This document shows, one piece after another, positions 25,365 through 39,497 of a stretch of 64,000 nt of DNA (its first letter is position 1; the number at the start of each line of letters is the position of its first letter). The notes beneath the pieces are model-generated. The model was not told where the DNA came from. It saw only the letters and a program-made list of their open reading frames with translations, and did no database searches. Both the position numbers and the translations under genes were made by a program. The DNA comes from Fimbriosthenelais zetlandica (lineage: Eukaryota): the NCBI GenBank assembly GCA_977030845.1, contig OZ365113.1:31186001-31250000 (forward strand), written 5' to 3'.

Positions 25365-28300
25365 TGAGTGGGTGGTCATCAATGTTCAAATCACATAGCA
25401 ACATGAATTATTCTAAATGATACCAAAATAGCGACAGGCATTATTTTGATGTATACCACAAATGCGACAGAGGTCTACGTCAGATGCATTTCTTACGCCA
25501 AAACTGTAGACAGCCCGAGGCCTTTCTCTGCCCGAAATGATTGTTTAGAGGGTCGATCAATTACATGTCAAAACACATCATTGGTAAACTAGTTGGATCC
25601 AAACATAGACAAATGTATATATTAAGGAAATGAGAACGTTTGCCATAAATACCGCAAGAATGATACTTTTTTCCTAAAAAAAAGTTCTGGGGAGAAACAT
25701 AATAAATATCATGTTAAAATGGACTCATCCTGACGTTGGATTTAGTGAAATGACATAGGGACAGATAGGTTTGTCATTGTCACTTAGTTGGAAGTCGATT
25801 TTGAAACCTACAGGAAAAAAATAAACTGAAAGATGATTTACAGGGGCTATCATGCATGAAGGACCTAGAATATTCATGTGTTAATTTCCAAAGCATGAAA
25901 AATTCAATATTTTTATATTAATGTAACATTATCCAATTAGTATATAATGTTTTTATTATCAAGTATGCAATTATTGAATCTAGAATTCATTATAATGGTA
26001 GTAATGACAAATGATTTAGGAGTGTTAAATGTCATATGGAAATTATACTTAATTGTCCCCATGCAAGTATAATACCATTAGAGTACTGATTACATTTTAC
26101 AATGTACATTCATTTCATTTCCAACCTAAATTACAGTATAGTTGTTCATTTCAAAGTAAATTATGCCCGGGGCCATCTCCAATCGACATTAAATGGAAAT
26201 TACACTCGTTGTTTATGAAATGCATGGCGGCGGGGGCTATACCTTCCATTTTAATGAAGCTAGCAAAAAAAGGCATTCAATCTAGAGGCCGACTGGCTAT
26301 AATGATAAACCTATGATGTACACTTGGCTGTCAGTCTCTTTAGGGACACCATTCCCTTATAATGGTTTGTAATTTCCGCCTTCAATTGATCTCTTGGCCC
26401 CGCCTCTAATCATTGTGTTATCTGGCGTAATCCGGGTGATTAAATGGGACAATCAACCAAGCATTGGATTGAGGCTGATTGGTATTTAAAGGAGTGGTGC
26501 AGGGAGTTAATTGGAGTCTGTAATGAAGCGATACATACATAGGGATGTGTAATGAGTTGCTCGCCGAGCATCTCCTGCTCGTGATTTATGATTACTTAAG
26601 GCCTGTTGTCTATGTGGCCATCTCCCTTCACACAAACCCAAAGTCTGAGAGAAGAAAGCCATAGACGGCTCACTCAGGAACCAATATGTCATCCCTCCAC
26701 CAATTAACCATTGTATATGAAACTCAACAATCAATTATTGCAATTACCCGAGGAGGATCATTTCTTAAGGATAAAAAGTCCCTTTATTTACTACACGCAA
26801 AGAGTAATCAACGTGGATAAAAAGCTCCCTGGCTCATTTCCTTAATTACATCTTAATTACTATTTTTCAATGTAATTTTGTAATGGGGAGAGGAGCATCA
26901 CATGGCACGAGAAGAGATTGCCTGCCTTTCCTGTAGTGAAAGATCATTAATGAAGAACTATAAGAGCGTGGAAATCCATACAAATTGATTCAATTTTAAT
27001 TACCTTAATAGCATTGTCTCCTTATAGGAAGGCCATTTAGTCTTAGCTAAGTCTTTAGCTGGGGGATCTTCTTCATAAAGCACACTTGAAAAAACACTGG
27101 AGGGACTGATTAAAAATAGTATATGAAGTGGAGAAGCGAGAGGAGGATACATATTGGAAATGAGAGCTTTTTTCATCAGTTCTCTCCGGTATTAAGTGAG
27201 GCTGTAGATAAATTGTGATTGTTTTGCCATGGGTCTCATCATGGTAATGGTATTAAAACATCACTTCTCAATTTCCAGCATATCAAAGCCATATGATTAT
27301 GATACTCATATATAGGATTTTCTCAGTCTTATTATAGGGAGGTAGTCCTTCATAAACCTAATGCTGGTTCCCAAGCAAGGCCGCCTTCCCCATACTTAAA
27401 CATTGCACGACTCTTGCACGAGTTCTGTGTAATTGCCTACTTGGAATAACACCAGAAATTGATTGAGTTTTGTGCCTCCATGTGCAAATTGCTTTTATAT
27501 AAAGCTTAATGTAACATCATGTGTAATAACATCTGATGGCATCATTATTAAACATAACTGATTAGAACACCGATAGGACAGGATAGAATACCATAATGGT
27601 ATAGTTACATTCTTGATCATTAAGTTAAAGAAAATGCTCTATAACTGCAACTATTCAAAACCGGAAATATAAGACATAGATGACATATTGCATGGTCACT
27701 TTAACATGTATATATGTCAGTTAAAAGCAAGTTTATATTTATCATTTGGATTTCCAAAGAGCATTAAAAGTAAAATGGACTGTTTCCTGAAGGTTCTATT
27801 TATATACAAGATGTTGTAGGGGGAGGGGAGAGAACTGGTGGGGGGGGGGGGGGTGCAATGACACACAGCAACACAGAACAAGCAGGGAGAGAGAGAGCCA
27901 CAAATAAATACAGTAACTAATACATAATTCATACAATTCCCCTTTTTCCAAAAGCCAACTTCCACCTGACTACATAATAATATTCTCTGGAATTTATTCA
28001 CCAAATGAAAGACTACCTACCTACCTACCTCCCCCAGACCAGTCAGAGCTCCCAAATACTGCCAAACCTTAACTCGGGGCCAATTCAATTTACTGTCCTC
28101 CACAAAGAACATTTGTAGCGTTTTGCTGCCAAGTTACAATTAATTCTCAGGCCTTGGGTAAATACAGTAGCCGTCAGTCAGCTGTCACTACGGCCAAACC
28201 CAATACCCCAAGGGTTGGTGAACTTTAGTTAGGCGTTAGCCGCCGAGTTTACCATTGTGGGGGTTTAATATACTTGTCTATATGTATACTACACTAAAGG

Positions 28301-31300
28301 ATGCTCTCCTTGAATGTCATTTGGTACTTTTAAGCAGAGATGTGTGTTCACACTCAAATGATTACATTTGGAGACACATTCACAAGGGAAATGTTAATAA
28401 TCGAAGAGTAAATCCTTGTGTTGAGATACCAAGTGCAATGCAAAGGACTTCCTTGATACAGGTGTAATTGTATGGAAATAGCACAGACACAACAGAAAAT
28501 CCCGCATGGACTTGTAATTACCTTAAGGTATAAGGCGAAAGATGTAGGTCAGTTGGTGGAATAAAAAGTCCTACCCTGGGGTTATCTGGACCTAATGAAT
28601 TACACATGGATTAACTCGGGGATTATCTCCTGGAATCAAAGATTCTAAAGCATCAGTCTAGATCAAGATAAGGATTTAAAAAAATGTTTTTGTAACTTTC
28701 AAATAAGATGCTGTGGACGGAGTGGCATACGTGATTGTATATTTGTTCATTGGAATTTTACATACGTTTGGTTTCGTGATATTAGAGCATTTTCAAAAGT
28801 TACCACTAGTTAAATCCAATGGTTAATTAACAAAAATGAGTCATTCAAATTAAATGGAGGTAAAGTACATTGACTATTATACCTCCCTGATGCAATAACT
28901 CATGAACATACATAACTAGCTCAGATCATGCTCTGGGGGTAAAACGATGTGGCTAAATTCATTGTGTGATATTTATCATTAAAACAATAGATATTCATGA
29001 AGATTTATTACTTCTAATGTACTAACAGACCTCTTGATGGGAAGTCACGATATGAAAATATTGGATGGATATATTTCATACTAGTTGATTTATAATCTCG
29101 TTAGTGTGGGAGAGAATTTGGGTGGGTTGTTTGGCTGGATGTTTATTAAGAGAAAGAGAGTAATGGGGAAAGTGACGAGGCATGCCCAACCATTAATCAA
29201 GATCATAATTTTGTGGTATATATTATATTGAAAATATATTATTTGGATTCAGACCAGGTCAGGTATACTGGCCATACCATATATCAGTGTGGGTGTTCAT
29301 TCTTTTTGACAACGATAAAGAATGGTCCGATTCATTTTTTAAAAACTAAATGTTTCAAGGGTGATCTTCAATCTTAGATTTGAATAACTGTTTGAAGTCC
29401 AGTCAGCGACGCTTCTCGGGACAAGAGAGAAAAAAACTTCATGAAGGGAATTATAAGTCAGTTGCAGCAAGGATCATATTATATGAAAACAGACCATGCG
29501 ACAATGCATCGTGATTCAAAACTAGAATCAGTGGAGGCAGAGGAACATGCAGAAGTCACGCAGTAATAAGCGGGATATAATCTGCATAAAATGTACCTGA
29601 AGGGCATGGGTTAATGGCAGATCAAAGACCTGGTAGACAAAGCCCCGCTTCCCGTGACAATGATGAGTAATGCCATGGTTTTTGCATGCTCCTTTTTTCC
29701 TCACATATCCCTGCTTGGCACGACATTATCCTTTCCTCTCACTCACTAAAAAGGATGGTTTTGATCAGGAATGAAACTGGTGCCACCGCATGTATAGATG
29801 ATCCACCTGAGGAGGAGAATCATATACGTCGACCTGATCCAAATCATACGCCTGTGAGGAGAGGTTTGGGATCCATGTATGTATATATACATAATCCAGA
29901 GGAAAATAGAAGTCAGGAAATATGACTCAGTAAATCTACTAAGGAACTTCAAAGCCAAAACTTCAGCCACCAATCTTTCACATTTCGATGAAATTTCAAC
30001 CACAGATTCAATAATTTTTCTAAAATATATGATGAGAATTTCATTGGATTTTTCTCTATTTAGTCTGGGTTGGTACTTACATACCGAGACATATGGGTAA
30101 CATCATTAGTCAAGAGAAGGATTTTGGACTGTATACATCTGTGTATAGATATAGCACTACAGTTAAGTTTATTATCAGAGTTTAACATAAGCAGCTTAAG
30201 ACCTCTTCAGTTTGCATGACGCGCAGTCTGACGTTTGGAATTCCATATTTCCTAATCTAGAGGACACACGAGGAAACAAGGAAGCCTTTATGGAGTGGCT
30301 AAGGAGATAAGTTGCTACAGCAGACTTCCAAGCTACTCCCGGTACTGTATTTACACAAATCTCCTTTCAACTGGATCTACCTGTTTCACTGTCTTTTCCC
30401 GCAACCGTAAAGCATCTAATAAGCACCTCATCCTAAAGTATTAAAATTGAGCAGGAAAGGCTTGCAGGTAACAGGGAATCGGGGGATAATAGGTGTCCTT
30501 CATAAAATGTTGGGAAAATATCAATTGCTTACAAATGTATGTCATAATGAAATGGCATACAAAATATGGAAGTGCAACATATATACAAGCCCAATAACAT
30601 ACTCCTGGCAGTTGCTCTGCCGAGGAAAGGATTTGAAATGAGCAATGGCTTTAGAATGAATACAACGATCATTCCTCCATTCCTCCTCGACGACAGACGC
30701 CAAAAAGAAACAATTTCATAGAAAAGATTTGAAACCTGATCAAAATCCGACCTGCGTTTAACCGCGGTAACAAAATCCATAATGTGGTTGGCCACCTTTC
30801 GCGGAATTTGGCAATTGAATGTCTCGAGAAAATCCCGAAACATTCTGAAGAAGACGTGAGAAAAGTGGAAGTTCTAACAAACGAAATGAGTTTAGAAAAG
30901 AATACCACTTAAGTAGGGTATGTATATCATCTCATGAAATATAGGCCTAGGCTATCCCTATATAATATGCTTCATTTTGCCATAACATTCAGCATCTTCA
31001 AATATGTCACTAAATTGGCAATATCCACTAGAGACATGCAAATTTGAACATTATATATAGCACTTGTGATTATGGAATCTACCAAGCGCATGCATGCAAG
31101 TAAACCAAAACCCTTCAAGTTTCTTGCCACTTCCACACCGACCAACCAGCCAAACATCCAACCCACCAGCCAGCCTCATTAACAACCCTCATCCCCCTGC
31201 CACACACAGACTTGTATATTAATGCCTCGGCCTTCATCAGCCACCAAAAACACAGCATTTACGTGTAAGCCCGCCCAGCCCGGCTCCAAGTCAAAAGCCC

Positions 31301-34300
31301 CCAAATTATTGCCACCATTTGCATACCATCTACATTGGCGCGTATGGCTTTTCTCATGTCGCGGGCTAATGAGTATGCCGCACTGTGAGCGCATTGACTT
31401 TGCCAACGACAGTGATGTATACCAGATACGAAAAGCCGAACGAAGCTGATGAAAAAGGCACAGGCAATGAATAATTCATCAAATTATGAATTGTACATTG
31501 CATCTCTCATATAGAAAGAGAGGAGGGGTATTAGTGATGGCTACATACATGGATAAAAGCCCATTCTCCAGCGTTAATCCTTCCTTTGTGGCTGTATGTA
31601 ACGCTCGAGCGAGTAAATGAATGGCGTATCATTCCATATCGGAATTAATCAGGGAAATATTCCCTCCTCATGAAATAAACGTAAGGTTCCCATGAGCATT
31701 TTTGTATCAGTATATGCCATCAGAAACTCAGACGACTGGCGCCAATACACCTTCAGCAGCTGACATTGTTGAATCAGCAATTAATTTCTATAACTGAAAC
31801 ATAGTGTAGGCCTATATATTTGTAATTAGATTTGTTTTGTAATTATTTCATATATCACAAAGTTGTTGAGCTGCCATCTGTTTCATTATGACATTATTTT
31901 AGAGGATACTGGCTAAGCTAGGTCTTGCCCGAGCTCGTGCCAGTTGAGCGACTGACTGAGGCAGTCATAGATTGAGCAGCTCGCCTATAGTGGGCTATAG
32001 GGCCTGGACGTGCTGTTCTCCTCCCTTCTTCACTCTTCATTCATCCCACCACTAATTGTCATGAATAGCCAGTATAATTGCTCCTATAATTATCAGCCTG
32101 TCCCTGATTGCTCTCCCTCAATAGCACATAACGTCCAACTGGAATGGGCCGAGGGAAGCTGGAAAGGCCTTCCAAGGGGTCATTTTCTTACAGATTAATT
32201 ACCCAATCGTTCTATCATAGCACCAATGGAACTTAGGGCGGGGTGATTGTGACTCGATACGGAATAGATAGGAAATGGGGGAGGGGGGGGGGGGGGAGAA
32301 GGAAAGGGCTGAGACAGAACTGAGACAGTGGAAGGAAAGGCAGTTGGAAGGGGTGGTGGGGGAGGGGGTGGGAATTGGGACGGGGTGAAATGAGGAGAAA
32401 TGATGTTGTTTTCTTATCATTCAGGCCCAATGATGAATTGGCAATCGCGAAAATCAGATAGACACTTATTGCCCAAAGCTTGGGGGTGCAGAGCGTAGGA
32501 ATTTGGCAAAAATTCTGCATGGCTTGTGGATTAATTGGCAAGTTATTCTATTATGATATGATAGATGGACTCGGGGTATCATCTTGGAAAGGCAGTGAGG
32601 CGTGTGGCTCTGCTTTCTTCACACTCACTGCCTTCAACAGACATTCTCGCTTTCCATTACAAAAAAGAGCCCGCCAAGACAAATTTCCTCTGCTCCGGCA
32701 AGAAAAAAACACGCCAGTTTTTGAAGAAAAGATGCCAACAGATCTGGTGACAAATTCCACCAAGATGCTGTTAATTAACGCCATTGAATGTAATCAATTA
32801 TCATCTCCCAACTTTAATGTGGATCTCATTCCTCAAATCCCCTGACCTTAATATCTCCTCTCAATTATCCCTTAAAGGACATGGCACTTTTTTTGAGAGT
32901 GGCAAGTGTTCAAGGCCTCATGCGCTGGTGATCAGCCTGGGGGTAGCAAAACGCTGATTTATCGACGCCAGCGAGGGTCACAAATTACGCTGAAGAAATG
33001 TGTCGAAGAAATCCTCCTGCTGGACATTACGGTTTGTCATAATCGATAGCAGACGAATGTGTCAAGTGTGCGCGGGCCGGGACAGTTTAATTGTGGCGGC
33101 CATGGCGCGGCGCCTCCCCCTCCTCCTACCTCTCTCTTGCTTCTTTATCAGACCAACTCAACTCAGGCCGGGTGCCATCAGTTTTCCCCAACACTCACCA
33201 GCCAGGCGAAATCATTACAGGCTTCCCCAAATTTGACACGTTCATGTCAAAAATAAAGGAGCCCCCGCTCCAGCAAATGGACAATTTATGGCGCTCCATT
33301 ATTGCTGCTCCCATTCTGACCGCTGGTGATTACAATGTTTTCTCTCACTCTTTCACCCCCTCCCTCTCTCTATTCCCCCTCCCACTCTCTCAATGCCTCT
33401 TCTCTCTCAACCTCTCTTCTCTCTCATACTCCCTCCCAATGGGGAATCAATGGGGAAATATCTGTGCTCTTCATCCCAAATTTGACAGCATGCACTTCGT
33501 ATACAATTCATACAAAAAAGAGTTGTATATGCCATATAGATCTATGTGCGATATTGTTTATAATCTGGAAAATGTATTTGAAATTGTAACTTAATAATAG
33601 AAAATTAAAAGCATGAACCGATAAGGGAGATATCATCATGGATGTAATAGCTTCCACATGTTTTCCAGTTCTCCCAACGGTTTTCCAAGCACACATGACG
33701 AGTCAAAGCTTGTTAATTTGAAAAAGATGGGCTAAAATACAGAAATTATACCAGCATATACGATCATCTTCCTTAGACCAATAACTAAATAAAGGGATCA
33801 CGATCGTGTGTAACATTGCAATTGAAAGTGGCTTCCCAGATGGCTTCAGATTAGAATACATGAAATGGCTTGAAGACTTTCTCAAAAGGGCTTCTTCTAT
33901 GTCTGATTAGTGTCCTGTTGACACTCAAACTGGGATACTTTGCACAAGTCCACAATGGAAACGAATAGTGATTTTGCCAATGTATGGTCCAATTTATATG
34001 TCATAGTATGGAAATAGGCCTAGGCCTATACACTTATGGATGAATTCAATCCATTAGAAATTAGTACAAGGAGCATGGGACGGAGGGCATGGGACGGAGG
34101 GCATATTGTTATTGTGGATATTGGAGGTTGATATTATGGATATACTAACATGTCACCGTGTATGGCTTTTTCTCCATGGTATGGACCAATCAATAATTCT
34201 TATTTTTCGCAGCTTCATCACCGCCATCTTTCCAGTCAAGAGCAGCTCTCAAGGTCAGCTCACCGCGGTCGACCAGGACCAGGCCCCAGTGGTGCTTGAC

Positions 34301-34454
34301 CAAGCTTTGCATCAGAAATGACAAATCTATTGCTTCAAGAAAAATGCCTCCAATGGCTGTGGAGGTTTTTGATGAAATGTCATTTGGCCGCGGAACCATA
34401 ATTGGGTAGAGACGCTGCCTACAAATGTTTTCCCAATTTGCCGTGGTCTGTGGT

Positions 34455-34472
34455 GGCGTCACCTAGTGGTCA
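34455..34472 (-). promoter_or_regulatory. CTCF-like motif in a CpG-rich block
   Basis: Minus strand TGACCACTAGGTGACGCC versus core CCACYAGRKGGCGC (one mismatch). Confidence 0.4.
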
Positions 34473-35312
34473 TTACGAGAGCGAGGTCAGAGCACAAGGA
34501 CCCGGATGCCGAGCGGGCAGATGAAGCGGGCGCAATATTGCACGAAATATTCATCTAAGATGGCATGTTTACCAGGCCAGATCAACTCAAGCATAATCCG
34601 TAATCGGCGCTGGTCGGCACACTATTGACGTTTTTCTCATTACCTTTAGGCCTCATCTTATCCCCTGCCCGACCCTGGCCCGGCCGAGCCATCAGAAAGG
34701 GCGGCGGGCAAGGCAGGAATGAGCCCTTTTCCTAGCCGGACTTATCAAACATTTCATATGCAATATAATGTATAATATCCATGGGCAGGAGACAGGCGGG
34801 GCTGACCGGGGTGCTCGCAGGCCTTCCCGGGTGAGAATTAATTATTTAAACTCTGACAAGAGCACGTTGCCAGAGCCACCCTTGGGATATGATGGCTGTA
34901 TACATAATGAACTATGGCCTGGTGAAATGGGGGATCCTCCTCAGGAATAAAGATGGCCATACTTATTCCACCTTATTATGACGTAAATACAATGTCCTTG
35001 GAAGGCAGGCTGGGCTGGGGAGGTCAGTGACAGGCTACTTCCAACTCTGACCTCCTACATCTTAGCCACATTAATAATGCACGCCCTCAGCTTTTGTTCT
35101 GGCTGGAATCTGATGTGGCAACAGATTTAGGAGAATTGTTCCCGCAGACTGACTCCAGCAGATTATCTTTATGGTCTAATATATATGGCTGCCTACAATT
35201 ATGATTCATGGAATCCGAGCCATGAATGGATGGTCGGATGCTTAGTGGATGTTTAGTGGCTCTGCGGATGGGTGAAATTTCTAGGTGGATGGATGAGTGG
35301 GAGAAAGTCAGG

Positions 35313-35575
35313 AACTGTCAAAAAGGGGCAAGAAAGGAAACCTGATATGACAACATGAAGCCAGAGGTCTTTTTTAACATCAGCCATTTTGCTAATTTCC
35401 AAATATTTCCAATGGGCCTTTAGTCATTATCAGTTATTATAAGCCATGCTTAAAGCACCCAACTGTCAAAAAGGGTAAAAGAAACCATATAGGTGCCCTA
35501 TGATATCAAGAAGTCAGGGGTTTGCAAATTCTGCTAATTTCCAAATATTTTCCTGAGGCCTTTCAAATCATTTAT
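35313..35575 (+). repeat. diverged tandem duplication, ~145-bp unit x2
   Basis: AACTGTCAAAAAGGG at 35313 and 35461; GCTAATTTCCAAATATTT at 35391 and 35533. Confidence 0.8.
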
Positions 35576-36354
35576 TATACTAGGTAAGGTTAAAACACTC
35601 AAGCATTCTGAGTGGAGGATACATGTGAGCAGAATGGATCGAGATTCCCAAAGCTTGTTTTGTATTGATGTTTCCAGTTTGCTCTATTATTTATAACCAG
35701 GGGTTTAGAATAATAGACGGTAGGGCAGTGTTAGGCATCATGATGGGCGATGTGCCTCTGTTTTGAGTTCTCAATGCTTCCTGCCAGCACTAGGTAATGA
35801 ATCCAACCCATCAACTTACATATACTCACTAGACATATATTTCTTACTCCCAGGTGTTGCCAGGACCTACGTCAAAATTACATAAAGATCCAGGGCACAC
35901 ATCACTTTTTTGCCAGCCAATATCATCTGAATATATTAGAACATTAGTTAAGATCATCTGTTATTTCTGACTGAGAAAGGTATACATTTCCACACTTAGA
36001 TTGGAAAAAAGAGTGGTCACTGTTTACGTGACAATAATGATCTGAATATTAGACAAAGTCATCTGGCCACACTTAGATTGAGAAGAAATGCGAAGACACT
36101 CAAATGATTGCATCATCTGCATTTTTCTTGAAAAAAAAATTAATAATTGTCTATGCAAAAAAATGGAAATAGTGTCTACATTGTAATTTATTACTCTCCC
36201 TTTCCTACCCACTGCAATCAGCTCCAATTGTAAGAGAGAGTGTCATTTTCTTTGTTCTGTTTAAGTTGGGTCACTTTATAAGCAACCTGAAGTTGCTCAC
36301 TTAGCAAGCATATCAATTTCTTTAACAGTATACTTTCTCACGGAAGCATGATCA

Positions 36355-36428
36355 GGGGCCTGTTTCAAAGGGAATAATGCTAAGTCTATGTCGTCTATGT
36401 CTATAATATTCGTTTTGAAGCAGGCTCC
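36355..36428. mobile_element. 74-bp mini-MITE with 22-bp imperfect terminal inverted repeats
   Basis: Left GGGGCCTGTTTCAAAGGGAATA versus reverse complement of right end GGAGCCTGCTTCAAAACGAATA (18/22). Terminus shared with the 5885 element. No TSD identified. Confidence 0.55.
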
Positions 36429-39373
36429 AGAAGTCACCCGTTGAGGCAAACCAAAGTCATTTCTCAGAAAAGACAGTGCTAAAAACTAAAGGCAATATTG
36501 CTGATAAAAAACGAGTGAAAGGAGCGGGAGAAGTTGATGAAAGGGCGAGTGGAAGGTGAGGGGATCCGTCAGTTTATATCTGATGGTAGGGTAGTGAGGA
36601 AAGGGGTTGGTGGAGAAGAAAGGGCACATATGGGGGGCACTGGAGAAATGGAAATGCATGCATACATTTGTAATTACTTTACATTCCCTGTATTGGAATA
36701 TAGATATCAAAAAAAGAGGGGATATATTTCACAAAGGTAGGCTTTCATATAAATCACCCAAAAGGTTAGAATACAATCTGACATAGTATTTAAATACCAG
36801 AATATTGAGACATTAAGTAATTTAAATGGAGAAAAAAAAAAGAAATTTAAGTGGGTTGGAACAAAAGCCCCAAAATAGAGAACCTCCCCCTGGAGAAGAA
36901 AATCATCATGAGCGGTGAGATCCAGCCAGGTTACTCCTCAAAGATGACTGGTGGTGATGCTTAGTGTGAGATACAAATGTGTTATATAAACAAAAGGGTG
37001 TATATTTGGCATGAGTCATGGGGAAAGAGTTGCTAGTGAAAGGCCCTACCCACCGGGCCTACTGCACACCTTCACCTCGATGGTTGAAACCTAACACCTC
37101 CTTCTCATCAAGATCACGAGCCTCCCCACCCCCCGACACCCCACCACCCCCAAGGCTCACCCCTCAGTTTTCACCCCTTATTTTTTCAACACTTCAAATA
37201 CATTAAAAGCCTTCCCTTCAATTATCCCTATACAGACATTTAAATCAAAACTGACAGACAAAATCAAACAAAAATCTTGAAAATTCACCTTCAAAAAGAC
37301 CAATCAGAAGAATTGGGGTTTTCGGTGTAATGGACTAAGAATGTGGGGGTTTTTTTTGGTGTTGGGAAGTGATGGTGAAATTGGCCGGTGGCCTGGTGTT
37401 TGAAATGGGCCAGTCCAGATTGGGTTATGCATCAGTTATGTGTTGTATGCGCTGATTTCCGGCTAAATGTTTGGCAGGTCGAGGCCAAACAGTCGCCATG
37501 TAATTGTTGCTGGCTTTTATGTAAATAATTTGGTCTTGTGTCTCGGGGAGAGCGCTGAATTTCTGATTCATTTCGCGGAGTGATAAAATGTGTGTAGGTG
37601 TTAAGTGCGAGTCCTCGGGTGGGAGGGGGTATGAAGTGTAGGGGAACATTGTCAAACACTCTTACCCTATTTTACATAAATGAGGAAAACATTTCCCCCA
37701 ACATTAATATTTCCATATGACGTTTTTGAAAAATTTCAATATGCACGCGTTTCGAATGAACATAAGGTACCTGGTAAGGAATAATTAAGAGCTAACAAAA
37801 CCTCAGGTGATGGCTGAACATCTCCTTAATATGACACAGCATGTAAGAAGTGATATGGGATAAAAGGAAAGCAAATAAGACATTGAGAAAGAGAACAAAA
37901 GGGAAGTTCAAAAGAAAAGGTAGGCAGCCAATCCACTCCCCACACACCCACCCCGCGGGTATTATTTCCTGAAATAACAGTCAATACTTAGTAACTCTAT
38001 ACGCTCTGAACTTATTAACTTACCAACAATAAAAAAACAGGGCCACCCCCGTGCCCCGAGAAATTCCTGGCCTCCTCTCCCGTCTGCCTTTCTGAGTCAG
38101 AGCTTTCGAGCGGCACGATTCTCACTGTCTCCTCTTTTCTCTCCCCTTTGCTGCACAAAGAAAAAAAGACATCATTAGTGCCCAACCCTAAATGGCTAAA
38201 AACAAAAGATTGCTGTTATGAACGTGCCTCTACCATGTCTTTGGATGTCTTTGATAAGGTTCATACGTTGTTATATGCACAGGTTGCTGAGCTATTTTTT
38301 TTAATCTCTTACAATCACAGTTGCACGCATGAGCATCGTAACCTCCTTTGTGATCATTCCCACAGATTTCTTTTCAGGGGATTGGGAGATGTGTTTCATA
38401 TTCTTGATGACTCGGGAGGAAATGGCATTAGTTTCATCGTGTATCCGTCATAAATTACATGAGAAATTCATATTTCTTATACAACATTGAATGTTGTAAC
38501 AAACCCATAAATCAAATGTTTACAAAAGCTATAATTTCATAAGTTTGTCAAATTGCACATTTCAAAAAAGGAATGTTTTCAGGAAATCGTTTCATACAAT
38601 TTCACATAAGTGTCATACATTAAGGATCTAGTGGGTAATATTATATTAATTTTCACATAACTCATATAACCCGTCACATAAAATTATATTCTCTGGGAAG
38701 GGAATCCTGTAGATAAATCTCATAGGGTGACATGGTGGTGAAACTTATCTGATAGGCTAAGGCAACTGTAGGTTGGGAGGAGGCTGCACCAGTACGCCCC
38801 CTAGATGCAGTTATGTGGGTTAATGAGCGGGAGAAAAAAGCACGGAGGAGGCGAGTGATGGAAGGTGTCTGACATCTTATCTCAAAATACATGATGTATA
38901 CATGTATGCCATTCTGGCTATAAGGGTTACAATATTGCAAAAAAAATATACTGAAATTAATTACTAAAGAAATGAGAAAACGGTAATATATTTGAGATAT
39001 GAAATCTGTAATTTTCATTCTTAATCATGATATTTCAAAAGATTTTGGTTTAAGAAAATATTATTCACAGATACAGAAGGTCCCAGAGAGTAACAAAGTG
39101 GGGTGAGAGGTATAGGCAAGATGGCGCAGTGGACTTTTTCGGTCACATGAGGTTCTTATGAGTACAAAAGAGTTTGGTTTAGAGGCAGTAGTTTGGGAGA
39201 TGAGGACAAGTGGGCCACTCTTGGAGGCTTCTAACTGGGTTAGGCGCCATCACTAAAGATGTTAAACACAGGGGGTGCTGATGGGGGCAAAGTGAGGGGG
39301 AGACATTCCAACACATCAATGATGGTTGTATTCTATCAGGGGGTGAACTCATTCTCTCAGCTATTGTTTCTCT

Positions 39374-39497
39374 ACTCATTCACACTCTCTCTCTGTCACT
39401 CATTCACTCACTGTGTCACTCACTCAGTCACTCACTCGATCTCAGTGAGTCAGTCACTCGTCCATTGTCAAACAGTCACTTACTCAGTCAGTCACTC
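39374..39497 (+). repeat. degenerate (TCAC/TCAG)n microsatellite
   Basis: Repeated CACT/CAGT tetramers read directly. Confidence 0.8.

Noticed and set aside
30740-30912. Short plus-strand frame containing VGHLSR
   Set aside because: Under 60 codons between stops, no start or splice context, motif too short.
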